Source: Candidatus Cloacimonadales bacterium
GTDB taxonomy: Bacteria > Cloacimonadota > Cloacimonadia > Cloacimonadales > JAFGVF01
Assembly: GCA_963678315.1 (NCBI GenBank)
Contig: OY782781.1
Span: 2,176,001 to 2,240,000 of the forward strand
Length of the DNA: 64,000 nt
Reading direction: 5' to 3'
Below the pieces are notes generated by a model, which was not told the DNA's origin, searched no databases, and saw only the letters and a list, made by a program, of their open reading frames with translations. Shown in pieces: positions 40,001-50,300 of the stretch (positions within the stretch are counted from its first letter, which is position 1; each line of letters starts with the position of its first letter). The position numbers were made by a program, and so were the translations under genes.

Positions 40001-40320
40001 GCATTTTGATATGTATCATTGTTATCTTCATTAATCTTATCGATTCTCTTTGCAGCTTGATGTAAATTAAGGAATTTATTCTTTGTAGAGAAGATTAAAT
40101 AAATAACAATCATAGCAGCTGAAACTCGTAACGTTAAAGCAGTGTAGAATAACTCAAGTTTGTAGCCATCAACTAAATTATACACTACATTGTATATCTG
40201 GAATAATGCAATTACTAGTAGAACAATGCTGATTATTAAACGACCAGCTATAATTAAGTTATATTTGTCTTTAAAACTATTTAGTAGTTCTTTGTAATCT
40301 TTAAACTCTTTTTGCGACAT
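37066..40320 (-). CDS. Large membrane-anchored coiled-coil protein (DUF4175-like)
   Basis: N-terminal TM helices, SDDYGL Ig-like region, Q/M-rich coiled coil and YPKEYQRIILEYIKRL terminus. Confidence 0.7.
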   Translation of the reverse strand: MSQKEFKDYKELLNSFKDKYNLIIAGRLIISIVLLVIALFQIYNVVYNLVDGYKLELFYTALTLRVSAAMIVIYLIFSTKNKFLNLHQAAKRIDKINEDNNDTYQNAIELEQSTSPSDSAFLERIIQRTNKKTQSTKLIYPAVTSKNYLIFIILFMLGNSLLFFTFAGNFRDTWSSFYLQSMPKVAIDYSIDVVPKDTILVSGSDLLIKINNYDNNFSYKIFYKVTDKIKSFRLESDEYLFQDIDQPFQYKVEHEKYQTQYYKVDVFEKLAVNSIKVIYDYPDYTGIESETDTTSYGDISGIHNSSVKMIIETNSSLKTGLMVFTDGSSLLGEKLNDNTLVFKHKLTTNKRYHLNIEDVHGNKYTSPDKSIIVIPDLKPEIEITNYPEDRKIDKNQFIPLTVKVSDDYGLYNLTLHYNVNNTIKLDSLLMRKIDNKIYNYSMILDLSSYNLFPNDQVTLWASVTDHYKKEHYVESEKIVLKLPSLDEIFNELQEQEQKQNEALTQNLNKSKKLQQEFEKKRREVMKKDELDWQDKKELKDIISQQEKMNENIDESAEAIQKMIDEAQKNEVMTQETLAKMEKIKELMQEINSEELNLAMEMMKNKMDKMSSQDMKKALDEMKFSMEEFSKKIEQTLKMLEQLKKEQSLNKLTEMSKELEKMQSELKKQSQSKEGNSPKLSQRQEEIKKQLEEIMKEADKFQDMLNSEEDKKIQDSFNEMKDKADMDSMKQQMQDIADQMQNQKGQQTVSSQQEMISKMQEMTQSLMQMQSMMGSMQAQELSKAKQKAISELIYYAQENKDITTVLDKDPFVVIERIIAEHEMLNLTINKLLATPNALMAISPKFIMDYNDTNTAFRDIFIDVNNNVKYNVSKDLVTIQSGLHNMIFDLMQENGNQQSGGSGMQSFMQQMQQMSDQQMAMNMMTQELLKQLGQGQKKIPSEMRQQLGKLAADEKQLADNLERMLKTNPNAQKQARTIRKLIDELNEVSRNLRYNRLDEKLVKQQENILSRMLEATKSINKRDKSKKRKAEEGDDKYWETPEDIELRFKEIEKNAFLEEAYKDYPKEYQRIILEYIKRLNAENDNE

Positions 40321-41338
40321 TTAACTTCCTAATATAGAATAAAATAAAAAATACTAATGGAATAATATAGTAATAAAGCAAATTACTTACTTCCGGTAAT
40401 AGAAGAAGTGTACCCATACTTAGAATAATTAAAGCTCCAATTATTTTAAATGTTACAGCCATGACTTCCAAAGTCTTTTGTGATTTAATAAAACTTGTGG
40501 ATACAGTTTTAGTAAAATGAGCCATTAAGTTAAGAGTAACTAAAGTTGTTGCCATACCCATTGCCATTGCTATGACCATGAATAATCCAATTCCAAACAT
40601 GTCCATCTGCATTGCATATACTGCAATAACAACTGTACCTGGGCATGGAACTAATCCAATTGCAAGAGCAGTTAAGTAGAGGTTGCCTTTTTTATCTTGT
40701 GTATGTTGATGGGTTTTACCAAAAAATACACTGAACAACATATAGAATCCAAGTATAATGAATATTCCATAAGCAATATTTAACCCTATCATTGAGTACT
40801 TAGTTGAACCTGTAAGTATGCTTACGCTAAGGAGTTTTAGAATACCTACTAAAGTTAAGCCTGAAAGTGAATGTAGAAAAGCAAAGAATAGACTTGATCC
40901 TATTATAGATAGAAAATTAACCCTAGAAGCTACTACTTGTCCTACCATGAATATTTTACCATGACCTGGACCTAATGAATGAATAATACCATATAGAAAA
41001 GCGATCCCAAGTGCAATAAAGATATAGTTTTTAGAATCATTATCTTTTATCTTTCTAATTGTTCTGGATAATTTAGTCCTAATTTCATGCTGCATTTCTG
41101 TATTCTTTTCATAAAATGATTTATCTTCCACCTTAGAACTTGTTGCTTCTACCCTTCTTATATTTTTCTTAGTTCTAGTGATAGTTTCAATAGAATCGAC
41201 TTTTGTTTGAACTTTTTGTTCTCTTGCAATAGCTTTCTCTCTATCTTCACTACTTCTTTTCTTATCTGATCTAAATTGAGCGTTTAAGCAAACAGCCAAA
41301 AGCACTAGCACTACTATAAATATTATTTTCTTATTCAT
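40301..41338 (-). CDS. Nickel/cobalt transporter (RcnA/NicO family)
   Basis: YGIIHSLGPGHGK and GLVPCPG signature motifs. Confidence 0.85.
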   Translation of the reverse strand: MNKKIIFIVVLVLLAVCLNAQFRSDKKRSSEDREKAIAREQKVQTKVDSIETITRTKKNIRRVEATSSKVEDKSFYEKNTEMQHEIRTKLSRTIRKIKDNDSKNYIFIALGIAFLYGIIHSLGPGHGKIFMVGQVVASRVNFLSIIGSSLFFAFLHSLSGLTLVGILKLLSVSILTGSTKYSMIGLNIAYGIFIILGFYMLFSVFFGKTHQHTQDKKGNLYLTALAIGLVPCPGTVVIAVYAMQMDMFGIGLFMVIAMAMGMATTLVTLNLMAHFTKTVSTSFIKSQKTLEVMAVTFKIIGALIILSMGTLLLLPEVSNLLYYYIIPLVFFILFYIRKLNVAKRV

Positions 41339-41341
41339 AAT

Positions 41342-41929
41342 TTATTTACTTGAAAAGTTAACGCTAATTTCTAAAGGACTAAATTGGCCATAGTAGAATG
41401 TCTTATCTTTATTTTCATAATAAGAGAACTCATAATTGACTTTATCAGATTCTGTAAAAAAGATTCCTTTTGATGTATTCAAAAAGAACTTAGTATAAAA
41501 CTCTTTGTCATATACTGAAACTTTCACATTTTGTTCTTGTTTTAGTTTATCTACTGGAACATAAATATCAAACTCATAGTAAACGCATATATCTTCAATT
41601 CCAACAAAGAAATTCTTTACTTCTGGAATCAAATAATTTTCATCATTTAATGCAATATCTGTGTAGAAATTATAGTCCTTTAAACCATCAACAACATAAG
41701 ATTCAATATCTTTTATCTCGCTTGAACTAAATTTGTAATCATCATTCAAATCATAATCTTCTACAATTATCTTACTTGTCATATCGTCAAATACCCACTT
41801 TTGGGATACAACTACATAGCCTGTTTGATTAAAATCAAAGGTTAAGTCAACTCCTGCAAACAAATGCGGATGAGCAAAGGCTTGGAATATTGTTGCCATT
41901 GTAATTAAAATTAGATATATCTTTTTCAT
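41342..41929 (-). CDS. DUF1007-family periplasmic protein
   Basis: Signal peptide followed by AHPHLF, WVFDDMTS and VYDKEFY; typical partner of NicO-type transporters. Confidence 0.8.
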   Translation of the reverse strand: MKKIYLILITMATIFQAFAHPHLFAGVDLTFDFNQTGYVVVSQKWVFDDMTSKIIVEDYDLNDDYKFSSSEIKDIESYVVDGLKDYNFYTDIALNDENYLIPEVKNFFVGIEDICVYYEFDIYVPVDKLKQEQNVKVSVYDKEFYTKFFLNTSKGIFFTESDKVNYEFSYYENKDKTFYYGQFSPLEISVNFSSK

Positions 41930-41991
41930 TTTACCTCTCAGAGTTATACTTTCCTATTCTGCATAATGGTCAAGATAATTAATAGTTACAC

Positions 41992-42019
41992 AAAAAAAGG
42001 GATTGCAAAAGCAATCCCC
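41992..42019 (-). terminator. gdhA terminator
   Basis: Minus strand GGGATTGC-TTTT-GCAATCCC followed by T7. Confidence 0.85.
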
Positions 42020-42046
42020 TATTCTATAATTAATATAATTTATATA

Positions 42047-43387
42047 TTAAACAAGACCTTGTTGAAGCATAGCTTCAGCAACTTTTAAGAAACCAGCAAT
42101 GTTTGCACCTTTAACGTAATCGATGTAACCATCAGCTTGTTTTCCGTATTTAACACATGCAGCATGAATGTCTGACATGATTCTTTGTAATTTTTCATCA
42201 ACTTCTTCTGAAGTCCAGTTGTAACGTAAGCTATTTTGTGACATTTCAAGACCTGAAACAGCAACACCACCAGCGTTAACAGCTTTACCAGGACCGAAAC
42301 CAACTTTAGCAGCATGGAATGCTTCAACAGCTTCTGGAGTACAAGGCATGTTTGCACCTTCAGCTACAACCATTACACCATTAGCAATAAGAGTTTTAGC
42401 ATCTTCTAGACCAAGTTCGTTTTGAGTAGCACATGGCATAGCAACGTCTACTTTTTGTTCCCAAGGTTTTTTACCAGCAAAGAATTTTGCATTAGGGAAA
42501 GCTTCTACGTAATCAGCAACTCTATCATTGTTAGATGCACGTAAGTCTAATAAGCAATTCCATTTTTCTTCTGTGTTGATACCTTCTTCATCATAAACGT
42601 AACCATCAGGACCAGAAATAGTAACAACTTTTCCGCCTAATTCAGTAACTTTTTGACAAGCACCCCAAGCAACATTACCGAAACCAGAAACAGCAACTGT
42701 TTTGCCTTCGTATGATGTATTTAAGTCAGCTAACATACCTTTAGCATAATAAGTAGCACCGAAACCAGTAGCTTCAGGACGGATTAAAGAACCACCCCAT
42801 GTAGCACCTTTACCAGTTAAAACACCAGTAAATTCGTTACGGATTTTCTTATACATACCGAACATGTAACCGATTTCTCTTCCACCAACACCGATATCAC
42901 CAGCAGGAACGTCTGTGTTAGGACCGATATGTCTTGATAATTCCATCATGAATGCTTGGCAGAATCTCATGATTTCAGCATCTGATCTACCTCTAGCGTC
43001 GAAGTCAGATCCACCTTTACCACCACCCATAGGAAGAGTAGTTAAACTATTTTTAAAAATTTGTTCGAAACCTAAGAACTTAAGGATTGATAGGTTTACT
43101 GAAGGATGGAATCTCAATCCACCTTTGTATGGTCCAATTGCGCTGTTGAATTCAACACGGTAACCTTTATTAACGTGAACTTCATTGTTGTCATCTGTCC
43201 ATGGTACACGGAACATGATAACTCTTTCAGGTTCAACAAGTCTGTCTAATATTTTTGCTTCTACTAATTTTGGGTCGTTTTGGTAAACATCCCATATAGT
43301 TTCAACAACTTCTTTCACAGCTTGGATAAATTCAGGTTGTCCAGGGTTTTTAGCTTCTACTTGAGCTATAAATTCTTGTGCGGTCAT
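42047..43387 (-). CDS. gdhA: NADP-specific glutamate dehydrogenase
   Basis: GPYKGGLRFHPSV, MGGGKGGSDF, VPAGDIGVG and RPEATG; start MTAQEF after GGAGG. Confidence 0.97.
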   Translation of the reverse strand: MTAQEFIAQVEAKNPGQPEFIQAVKEVVETIWDVYQNDPKLVEAKILDRLVEPERVIMFRVPWTDDNNEVHVNKGYRVEFNSAIGPYKGGLRFHPSVNLSILKFLGFEQIFKNSLTTLPMGGGKGGSDFDARGRSDAEIMRFCQAFMMELSRHIGPNTDVPAGDIGVGGREIGYMFGMYKKIRNEFTGVLTGKGATWGGSLIRPEATGFGATYYAKGMLADLNTSYEGKTVAVSGFGNVAWGACQKVTELGGKVVTISGPDGYVYDEEGINTEEKWNCLLDLRASNNDRVADYVEAFPNAKFFAGKKPWEQKVDVAMPCATQNELGLEDAKTLIANGVMVVAEGANMPCTPEAVEAFHAAKVGFGPGKAVNAGGVAVSGLEMSQNSLRYNWTSEEVDEKLQRIMSDIHAACVKYGKQADGYIDYVKGANIAGFLKVAEAMLQQGLV

Positions 43388-43595
43388 AAGAACCTCCATA
43401 ATTTTTTTTAAATATGCACTTTATTTACGAGATGATATTTTCTTGTCAAGTTTAAAACAACTTTTTATCATTATTTTCTCTAATCATCTAAACATCAATA
43501 AAATACAAAGACAAGTTATTTTTCAATATTTCCATTTTAACTAAAATTTAGTACATAAGGAGCAATTAATCGATATATATTTATCTAAAAATTAC

Positions 43596-44393
43596 TTACT
43601 TTTGGCATGTTTTACAATAATATGTTGATCTTCCTGCTATTTTGATTCTTTCAACTGGATGCTTTAGTGGACATTTTTCCTTTCCATACACTTGCAAGAA
43701 ATTCTGGAAGCTCCCAGTTTTATTATCAACTCTTCTAAAATCAGATATTGTAGTTCCATTGCATTCTATAGCTTCTGTTAGTACCTGTTTTGTTTCATTA
43801 ACTATTTTTTTTAAAAGTGAAGGTTTAACTTTACTTGCTGGAATTAGTGGATTGATTCCACATCTATAAAGTATTTCACAAGCATATATATTTCCAATAC
43901 CAGCAATCCTACGTTGATCTAAAAGATAACTTTTTATCGGAATATTTATTTTAGAAACACTATTCTTTATATAATCATAATTGAACTTATCGCTTAATGG
44001 TTCAGGACCAAGTTTGATAAAATACTGGTCTAAGTCTTTACTTTTTATGTAGGTAATTTTCCCAAAAGTCCGAATATCATCAAATATTAAGATGTCCTTA
44101 CTCTCAAAAAAGAATCTTGCCCTTTCATGAGATAATTGTGTAATATTCTCTTTTTGATAGATAAGTTTACCGGTCATTCTCAAATGAACAATTATTGAAT
44201 AACCATTAATTAGATTTATTAAGATATACTTACCTCTGCGACTAACATCTTTAACCAGGTCAAAGACCATTTCATCATCTAGTAAATTTACATGCGTAGT
44301 TGGGTAGTAAAATTCAACATTAATTAAATTTTTATTTGTTATTGAAGCTTTCAAGTCCTGAACAACAGTTTCTACTTCTGGTAATTCTGGCAC
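43596..44393 (-). CDS. mutM: Formamidopyrimidine-DNA glycosylase
   Basis: PELPEVET, RRGKY, HLRMTG, GIGNIYACE and RSTYYCKTCQ. Confidence 0.96.
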   Translation of the reverse strand: MPELPEVETVVQDLKASITNKNLINVEFYYPTTHVNLLDDEMVFDLVKDVSRRGKYILINLINGYSIIVHLRMTGKLIYQKENITQLSHERARFFFESKDILIFDDIRTFGKITYIKSKDLDQYFIKLGPEPLSDKFNYDYIKNSVSKINIPIKSYLLDQRRIAGIGNIYACEILYRCGINPLIPASKVKPSLLKKIVNETKQVLTEAIECNGTTISDFRRVDNKTGSFQNFLQVYGKEKCPLKHPVERIKIAGRSTYYCKTCQK

Positions 44394-44396
44394 AAT

Positions 44397-46874
44397 TTAC
44401 TCCTCAATCGGGTCATTAGGTATTATAATCTCTAATCTAGTAATTTTAAAAGCACCTGTTTCTTCTCTAGAAATATCAAAAACTTCTTCCATGATTGTGA
44501 ATATATTTGATCCAACCATTCTTTTCTTTATACGCATTGCATTACCTACAAGTCTAATATATTTGATACTATCTTTTAAATCTATTTCTTTGATCTTGCC
44601 TTTCTTTTCTTTCACATAAATCCAAGAATCATTTTTTTCATACTCTTTAATACCATTAAGAATTTTATCAATGGAATGTTCAGGTGGAATTATTTCGAGA
44701 ATCTCTTCACTGATACTATCTAAATTTCTTTTATCAGAATGCTTAAGCTTTAAGACTTTTAGAATTTTCATCTCATCATAATTAACGAAATTTAAAGCAT
44801 TATAGACATCATCTACAGAATAATCAGTATTAGATTGGATTTCAAAGAATTCGTTTAAACCTTCTAAACCTAGTGATAATGGTGGACACAACTTCACTTT
44901 AGGATGGTGATTAAAGCCTTGAGTATACATAATAGAAAGTGAACTCTTACGTACTATACGATAAATCATTCTCATTAGGTCTAAATGTCCAACATATCGC
45001 AAAACTCCTGTTTTTTGATAATAAACTCTAAAGTATTTTCTTTCAACTTCTGTATCAGGGGCTTGCGCTTTGTTGTCTAACAAATTATCGAATGTTGTTT
45101 TTTCAAGAGTATTTGTAGCAAAATCTAAAGTATGATTTTCATTGCAGATACCACAATTTGTACAGTATTCTAAACAACCTTTTGTTGTAGATTCTTCAAT
45201 AGATTTTTCATATTCAGATAATAGAAAATCTTTTTTAACACCTATATCAATGTAATCCCAAGGAAGAACTTCATCTAAACCTCTCTTTCTCAAATATTCA
45301 TTGATATTAATTCCAAGCTCATCTGCTGTTTTTTCCCATATTGAATAATCAAAATATTCTCTCCAACCATCAAAAAAAGCGCCGTTCTCATAAGCTCTGA
45401 TTAAGAAACTAGATAGTTTTCTATCACCTCGAGCAAAAATAGCTTCTAGAACTGAGCTCTCAATTTCATGATATTTGATTTTTACAAACTTATATTTTGA
45501 TAATGTATGTTTAATCTTTAATGCCCTATCCAATAATACCTTTCTATCGAGCATTTCATTCCATTGGAAAGGAGTAAAAGGTTTCTGTACAAAAGGTGAA
45601 ACTGTAACATTAATTCTTAATTTCTTACCTGATATTTTTATAATATCCTCAACCAATTTTATAATAGCGTCAATATCGTCCTCTGTTTCACTAGGTAAGC
45701 CTATCATAAAATAGAGTTTGACTAATTGCCAATTAAACCTTAATGCTGTTTCAATGCCTTCAAAAATTTCTTGCTCAGAAATGTTTTTATTGATTACATC
45801 TCTCATGCGTTGAGAACCTGCTTCTGGAGCAATCGTTAAACCTGTTTTCCCGAGTTTTTCTACTAACTTAATTAAATCATCATCTAAGGTGTCTACTCTC
45901 AATGATGGCAAAGAAGCTTTTGTATCTGTTGGACCAAGTTTATTATAGATTTCTTTCAATAGGGGTCTTACACAAGAATAATCAGAAGAAGATAAAGATG
46001 ATAAGTTTATTTCTTGCCAACCATGTTTTTTGATTTCAGTTAGAATATCTTGTAAAATTATAGCAGGACTTTTCTCTCTAACTGGTCTATAAAAATATCC
46101 AGCATGACAAAACCTACATCCTCTTGAGCAACCTCTCATTATTTCAGCAACATATCTATCATGGGTAGCTTGTTGCCAAGGAATTAATTGGTTCTTATGT
46201 GTTTTTTCACTTTTGGAGAAATCCCAATATTTGCGTATTTCTACTTTTTCTTGCTTTACACTTGGTACAAACCAACCTTTTATCATTGCAAGTTCTTTAA
46301 GAATGTAATTTTTATCCGCTTGCCTGTTATCTCTGAGTAAATCTTTCAGCTCGATTATAGCATCTTCTCCCTCACCAATTAAAATTGCATCAAAAATATC
46401 TGCTAATGGTTCAGGATTAGTTATGCTTGGTCCTCCTCCAATAATAAGAGGGAAGTCTTTTCTATCTTTTGCATAATATGGTATGTTAGCAATATCCAAC
46501 ATGTAAATTATGTTTGAGAAATTCAATTCTGTTTGCATTGTGAATCCAATAACATCAAATTCTTTAATATCTACTTTTGTCTCAACCCCAAACAAAGACT
46601 TGTTGTTTTTCTTCATTAACTCGCCCATATCTGGCCAAGGAGCATAAACTCTATCTGCTATAGAATCCTCACACTCATTAATTAGCGAATATAGTATTTT
46701 TAATCCAAGATGTGAAAACCCTACTTCATAAACATCTGGAAATGCGAAGCAAAAGTTAATATTATCATTGTTAAACTCATTATTAAAAGAGTTTAGTTCT
46801 AGCCCAATGTATCTTGATGGTTTAGTAACTTCTGATAATAGTTCACTAACATCAACTTTATCTATTTTATTCAT
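44397..46874 (-). CDS. B12-binding radical SAM protein (TIGR03960-like) fused to a DUF2344-like domain
   Basis: KPSRYIG, FPDVYEVG, RGCSRGCRFC and TIAPEAGS; C-terminal RYVGHLDL…YTQGFNHHPK. Confidence 0.88.
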   Translation of the reverse strand: MNKIDKVDVSELLSEVTKPSRYIGLELNSFNNEFNNDNINFCFAFPDVYEVGFSHLGLKILYSLINECEDSIADRVYAPWPDMGELMKKNNKSLFGVETKVDIKEFDVIGFTMQTELNFSNIIYMLDIANIPYYAKDRKDFPLIIGGGPSITNPEPLADIFDAILIGEGEDAIIELKDLLRDNRQADKNYILKELAMIKGWFVPSVKQEKVEIRKYWDFSKSEKTHKNQLIPWQQATHDRYVAEIMRGCSRGCRFCHAGYFYRPVREKSPAIILQDILTEIKKHGWQEINLSSLSSSDYSCVRPLLKEIYNKLGPTDTKASLPSLRVDTLDDDLIKLVEKLGKTGLTIAPEAGSQRMRDVINKNISEQEIFEGIETALRFNWQLVKLYFMIGLPSETEDDIDAIIKLVEDIIKISGKKLRINVTVSPFVQKPFTPFQWNEMLDRKVLLDRALKIKHTLSKYKFVKIKYHEIESSVLEAIFARGDRKLSSFLIRAYENGAFFDGWREYFDYSIWEKTADELGININEYLRKRGLDEVLPWDYIDIGVKKDFLLSEYEKSIEESTTKGCLEYCTNCGICNENHTLDFATNTLEKTTFDNLLDNKAQAPDTEVERKYFRVYYQKTGVLRYVGHLDLMRMIYRIVRKSSLSIMYTQGFNHHPKVKLCPPLSLGLEGLNEFFEIQSNTDYSVDDVYNALNFVNYDEMKILKVLKLKHSDKRNLDSISEEILEIIPPEHSIDKILNGIKEYEKNDSWIYVKEKKGKIKEIDLKDSIKYIRLVGNAMRIKKRMVGSNIFTIMEEVFDISREETGAFKITRLEIIIPNDPIEE

Positions 46875-47315
46875 ATTATATCCTTATTTCATTCTAAATT
46901 CAACTCTTGAATAAAGTATGTAATAGTCAAGATTTGTTTTAAAACGAGAAGATAGTTTTACATTAACAATAAAAATGGAGACTTTTTTAAGTAAATTAAT
47001 TTTCTCAAGAGCATGCATTGTATACCATTTATATCTAAACCCTTAAGAGTCTCCTGCATCAAATAGCAAATTAATGCAGGAGGCTAGTATGGTTATCAAT
47101 ATAACAAAGTCCTAAAATCATGATAAGAGATATTTTATGATAGTCCTTAAAGCGCTAGATTAATAACAAATAGTAAGATAATTAACAGGTTTCATGAACT
47201 AATATCTATATTCTTTAACACCTATTTAGCTGCTTGAGACAACAATATAATTAACATTAAATATCATTTCGAATTATTAGTTATTTGCAATAAATATGTA
47301 AGAAGCTAAAGCTTC

Positions 47316-47344
47316 TTGACAGCAAAGTAGCTAAATTATAATGT
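47316..47344 (+). promoter_or_regulatory. Putative sigma-70 promoter of the kinase-uvrC-uvrB operon
   Basis: TTGACA at 47316 and TATAATGT at 47337-47344; AGGAG RBS downstream. Confidence 0.6.
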
Positions 47345-47371
47345 AGAGTATGGATTCTTTTAGGAGAGAAT

Positions 47372-50300
47372 ATGATATTAGATTCAAGGTATGAAGTACT
47401 AGAAGATTTAGGTTCTGGAATATGGGCAACAGTATATAAAGTAAGAGATTTAAGAACAGATAATATATATGCATTGAAGCTATTTGATCAATTAAATGCA
47501 GATGAATTTTACTCGAAACTCCCTGCCAGTGATATGCATCATATTACACAAATCAGGCACCCGAACTTAGCTGATGTTGTAGATTTTGGTAATATTGGTG
47601 ATAATATTTATTGTATTGATGAATTTTATGATGGACATGTTTTAACAAGGTTTCCAATTTCAAGAGACAATATAAACGAATTATATGATATTATTGTTCA
47701 GATTTGCTATGCCCTACATGCTTTACATGAACACAATATCATACACAAAGACATAAAACCACATAATATTCTGTTTAAGTTTACAGGTTCAGGACCTCAA
47801 ATTAAGGTTCTTGACTATGGTTTTTCAAAAGTAGATTTAACAAAAGAAACCCAACAGTTAACAAGTTCTTTGCCTTTTGTAGCTCCTGAATTGTTTGGTG
47901 GTGCAGATCCAATTCCTCAAACCGACTTTTATTCACTTGGAGTAACATTATACAGGCTTACAACTGGTGCTTTCCCTTTTTCAATTAAGCAGATAAAATC
48001 TATTATTGAAGGCAATAAAGATTATGTTCTTCCTAAACTCCCAAGACAGATAAACAGTGATATCCCTGAATTATTAGAAAAATTCATTATTAAGTTACTC
48101 GAGAAGGACCCTCATGATAGATTCAAAAATGTTCCAGAGATAATTGAGTATATTAACAAAATACAAGTTAGAAAATACCCTTTCTCCTACCAATGGTCTA
48201 CTGTTAACTTCTTAAAATTTAATAGTTACTTTGTTAATAAAGAAGTTAGTGAAAAGCTTTATGAATACACAGATATGCTCAAGAATGAAGATGGCAAGTT
48301 AATTACTTTAATGGGTGGACAAGGAGTAGGCAAAAGAGCAATTCTTACTCTCTTTAAATATAAAATACTTACAGGTAAGTACTTCATTTTTGACTATGAA
48401 TGTTCCCACAAACATAATGATCCATTCTATGCATTAACAAAGGAATTTCATCACTCATTAAAATATAACAGAGAAAATTCTGTCTTTGATGAGGATTTAA
48501 CAAAAATATCAAGTAAGTTTAAGAAATTTTTGTTTGAATCAGAAGAATCTGCTAAGCTAACTTCCTTCTCAAAAGAAGATATGCTGGAAGATTTTGAATC
48601 AATTAGAAGTTATTTAAAGCACCTCTCACAAGAACGACCTCTAGTGTTTATCATCAGACAAGCAGAATTGTTAAACGACAACACTATAGATTTTATAAAT
48701 TATTGTATAGACACAATTACAACTTCAAATACTCTCATCATTCTTTCATTTAACAATTATATGCAAGTTAAAAAGTTAAATGAGTCAGTAATGGTTAAGG
48801 TTCCATTTTTAAACTTAGAACAAACTAAACAACATATATTTGAGCTTCTTAAGACAGACGTCCCTAGTGAGTTTATCAATAGAATTTATGAAAGAACTGC
48901 TGGAAATCCTCAGTTCATCCAAGAATTTTTAATTGAGTTAACAAAGAATGGAGTTATCTGGGATGCCAATGGATTTCATTTTGACTATGATATATCTGAT
49001 ATCAGTTTACCAAATGATGTCCTTCACTCAATTTATGCTAGGATGAGTCACCTGACAGATGTTAATTATAAGTTCCTTATGGATTTATCTGTTATTAAAA
49101 CACCACTTTCAAAGAATTTAATATCTAAATTTTTAAATATAGAAGGAACTGTCCTATTTAATTTTATTTCTGATAGCTTAAATAATGAAATTCTTTCAAA
49201 GAAAGGTGAATTCTTCTATTTTACATTCCCTGAGTCACAAAGGAGATTTCTTACTGAATGCAATGAGAATCAACTAGCTAATCTATCAAAAAGAATAATT
49301 GCATATTTTGATAATCAAGAAATAACAATTAAGGAAATTTGCCAAGGTGTTATAGAAAACTCTCTAATTGCCAATGACTATTATGCATATCGTAACTATA
49401 CACTCAAGCTTTATGAAATAAATATTAAGAATAATGACCAGATTAGTGCATTTGCTAATTTAATCGAAATAATAAAAACAGACCTCTCTGATAATATCGA
49501 TTTAGAAGAAAAGTTTTTGATTCAAGATCTTAGAAAATTTACTGATAAAATAGACTTACTTTGTAATCAAGACCAAGTTGATGAGCTTATTCAACTAGTT
49601 AGTAATTATGATGATATGTTTTACAAATATTTAGCTATTATTAAATTATTGATCATTAAAGAAGACTTAGTATCTGCGGATAAATATTATAATTTAGCTA
49701 AGAAATATGTTATAACTGCAGTTCAAAAGTATGAGCTCATGATTGCAGAGATAAAACTTCTAAACTTCTATGGAGAATTTAAGAAAATAAACGATATTCT
49801 TGCAGAAGTCAATATTGATAATTTGACAGATAAGTATAAATTACTGCTAGGTGATAGATTAGCCGTTAATTTGTTTAACAATGGCAAAGTTACTGATGCG
49901 ATTGACCTTGTTGAGAAGATTCTGAATAATATACCTATCTTGTTTGATGATACACTAATCTTGATATTAGCTAATATTCATATAAACCTAGGTACATACT
50001 ATGCTTCAATAAAAATGCTTACTGAAGCAGAGAAGCATTATACTAAAAGTATTACAATATACGAAAAGTATAATATAGAAAAACTTCTTGTGCTGATTTA
50101 TAACAACATTGGAGATATTTATTTAAGACAAGGAATTACTCAAAAAGCCTATGAATATCTGCAAAAGGCTTACATACTACTTCCAAGAAACTTTTCCACT
50201 AGAATCGCTGAACTTACTTATATTAACCTTGCTGAAGTTAAGATTAAGTTCGGAAGTTTCATCGATGCTCTTGAATTTTTAGATAAAGCAGAACAAGTTA

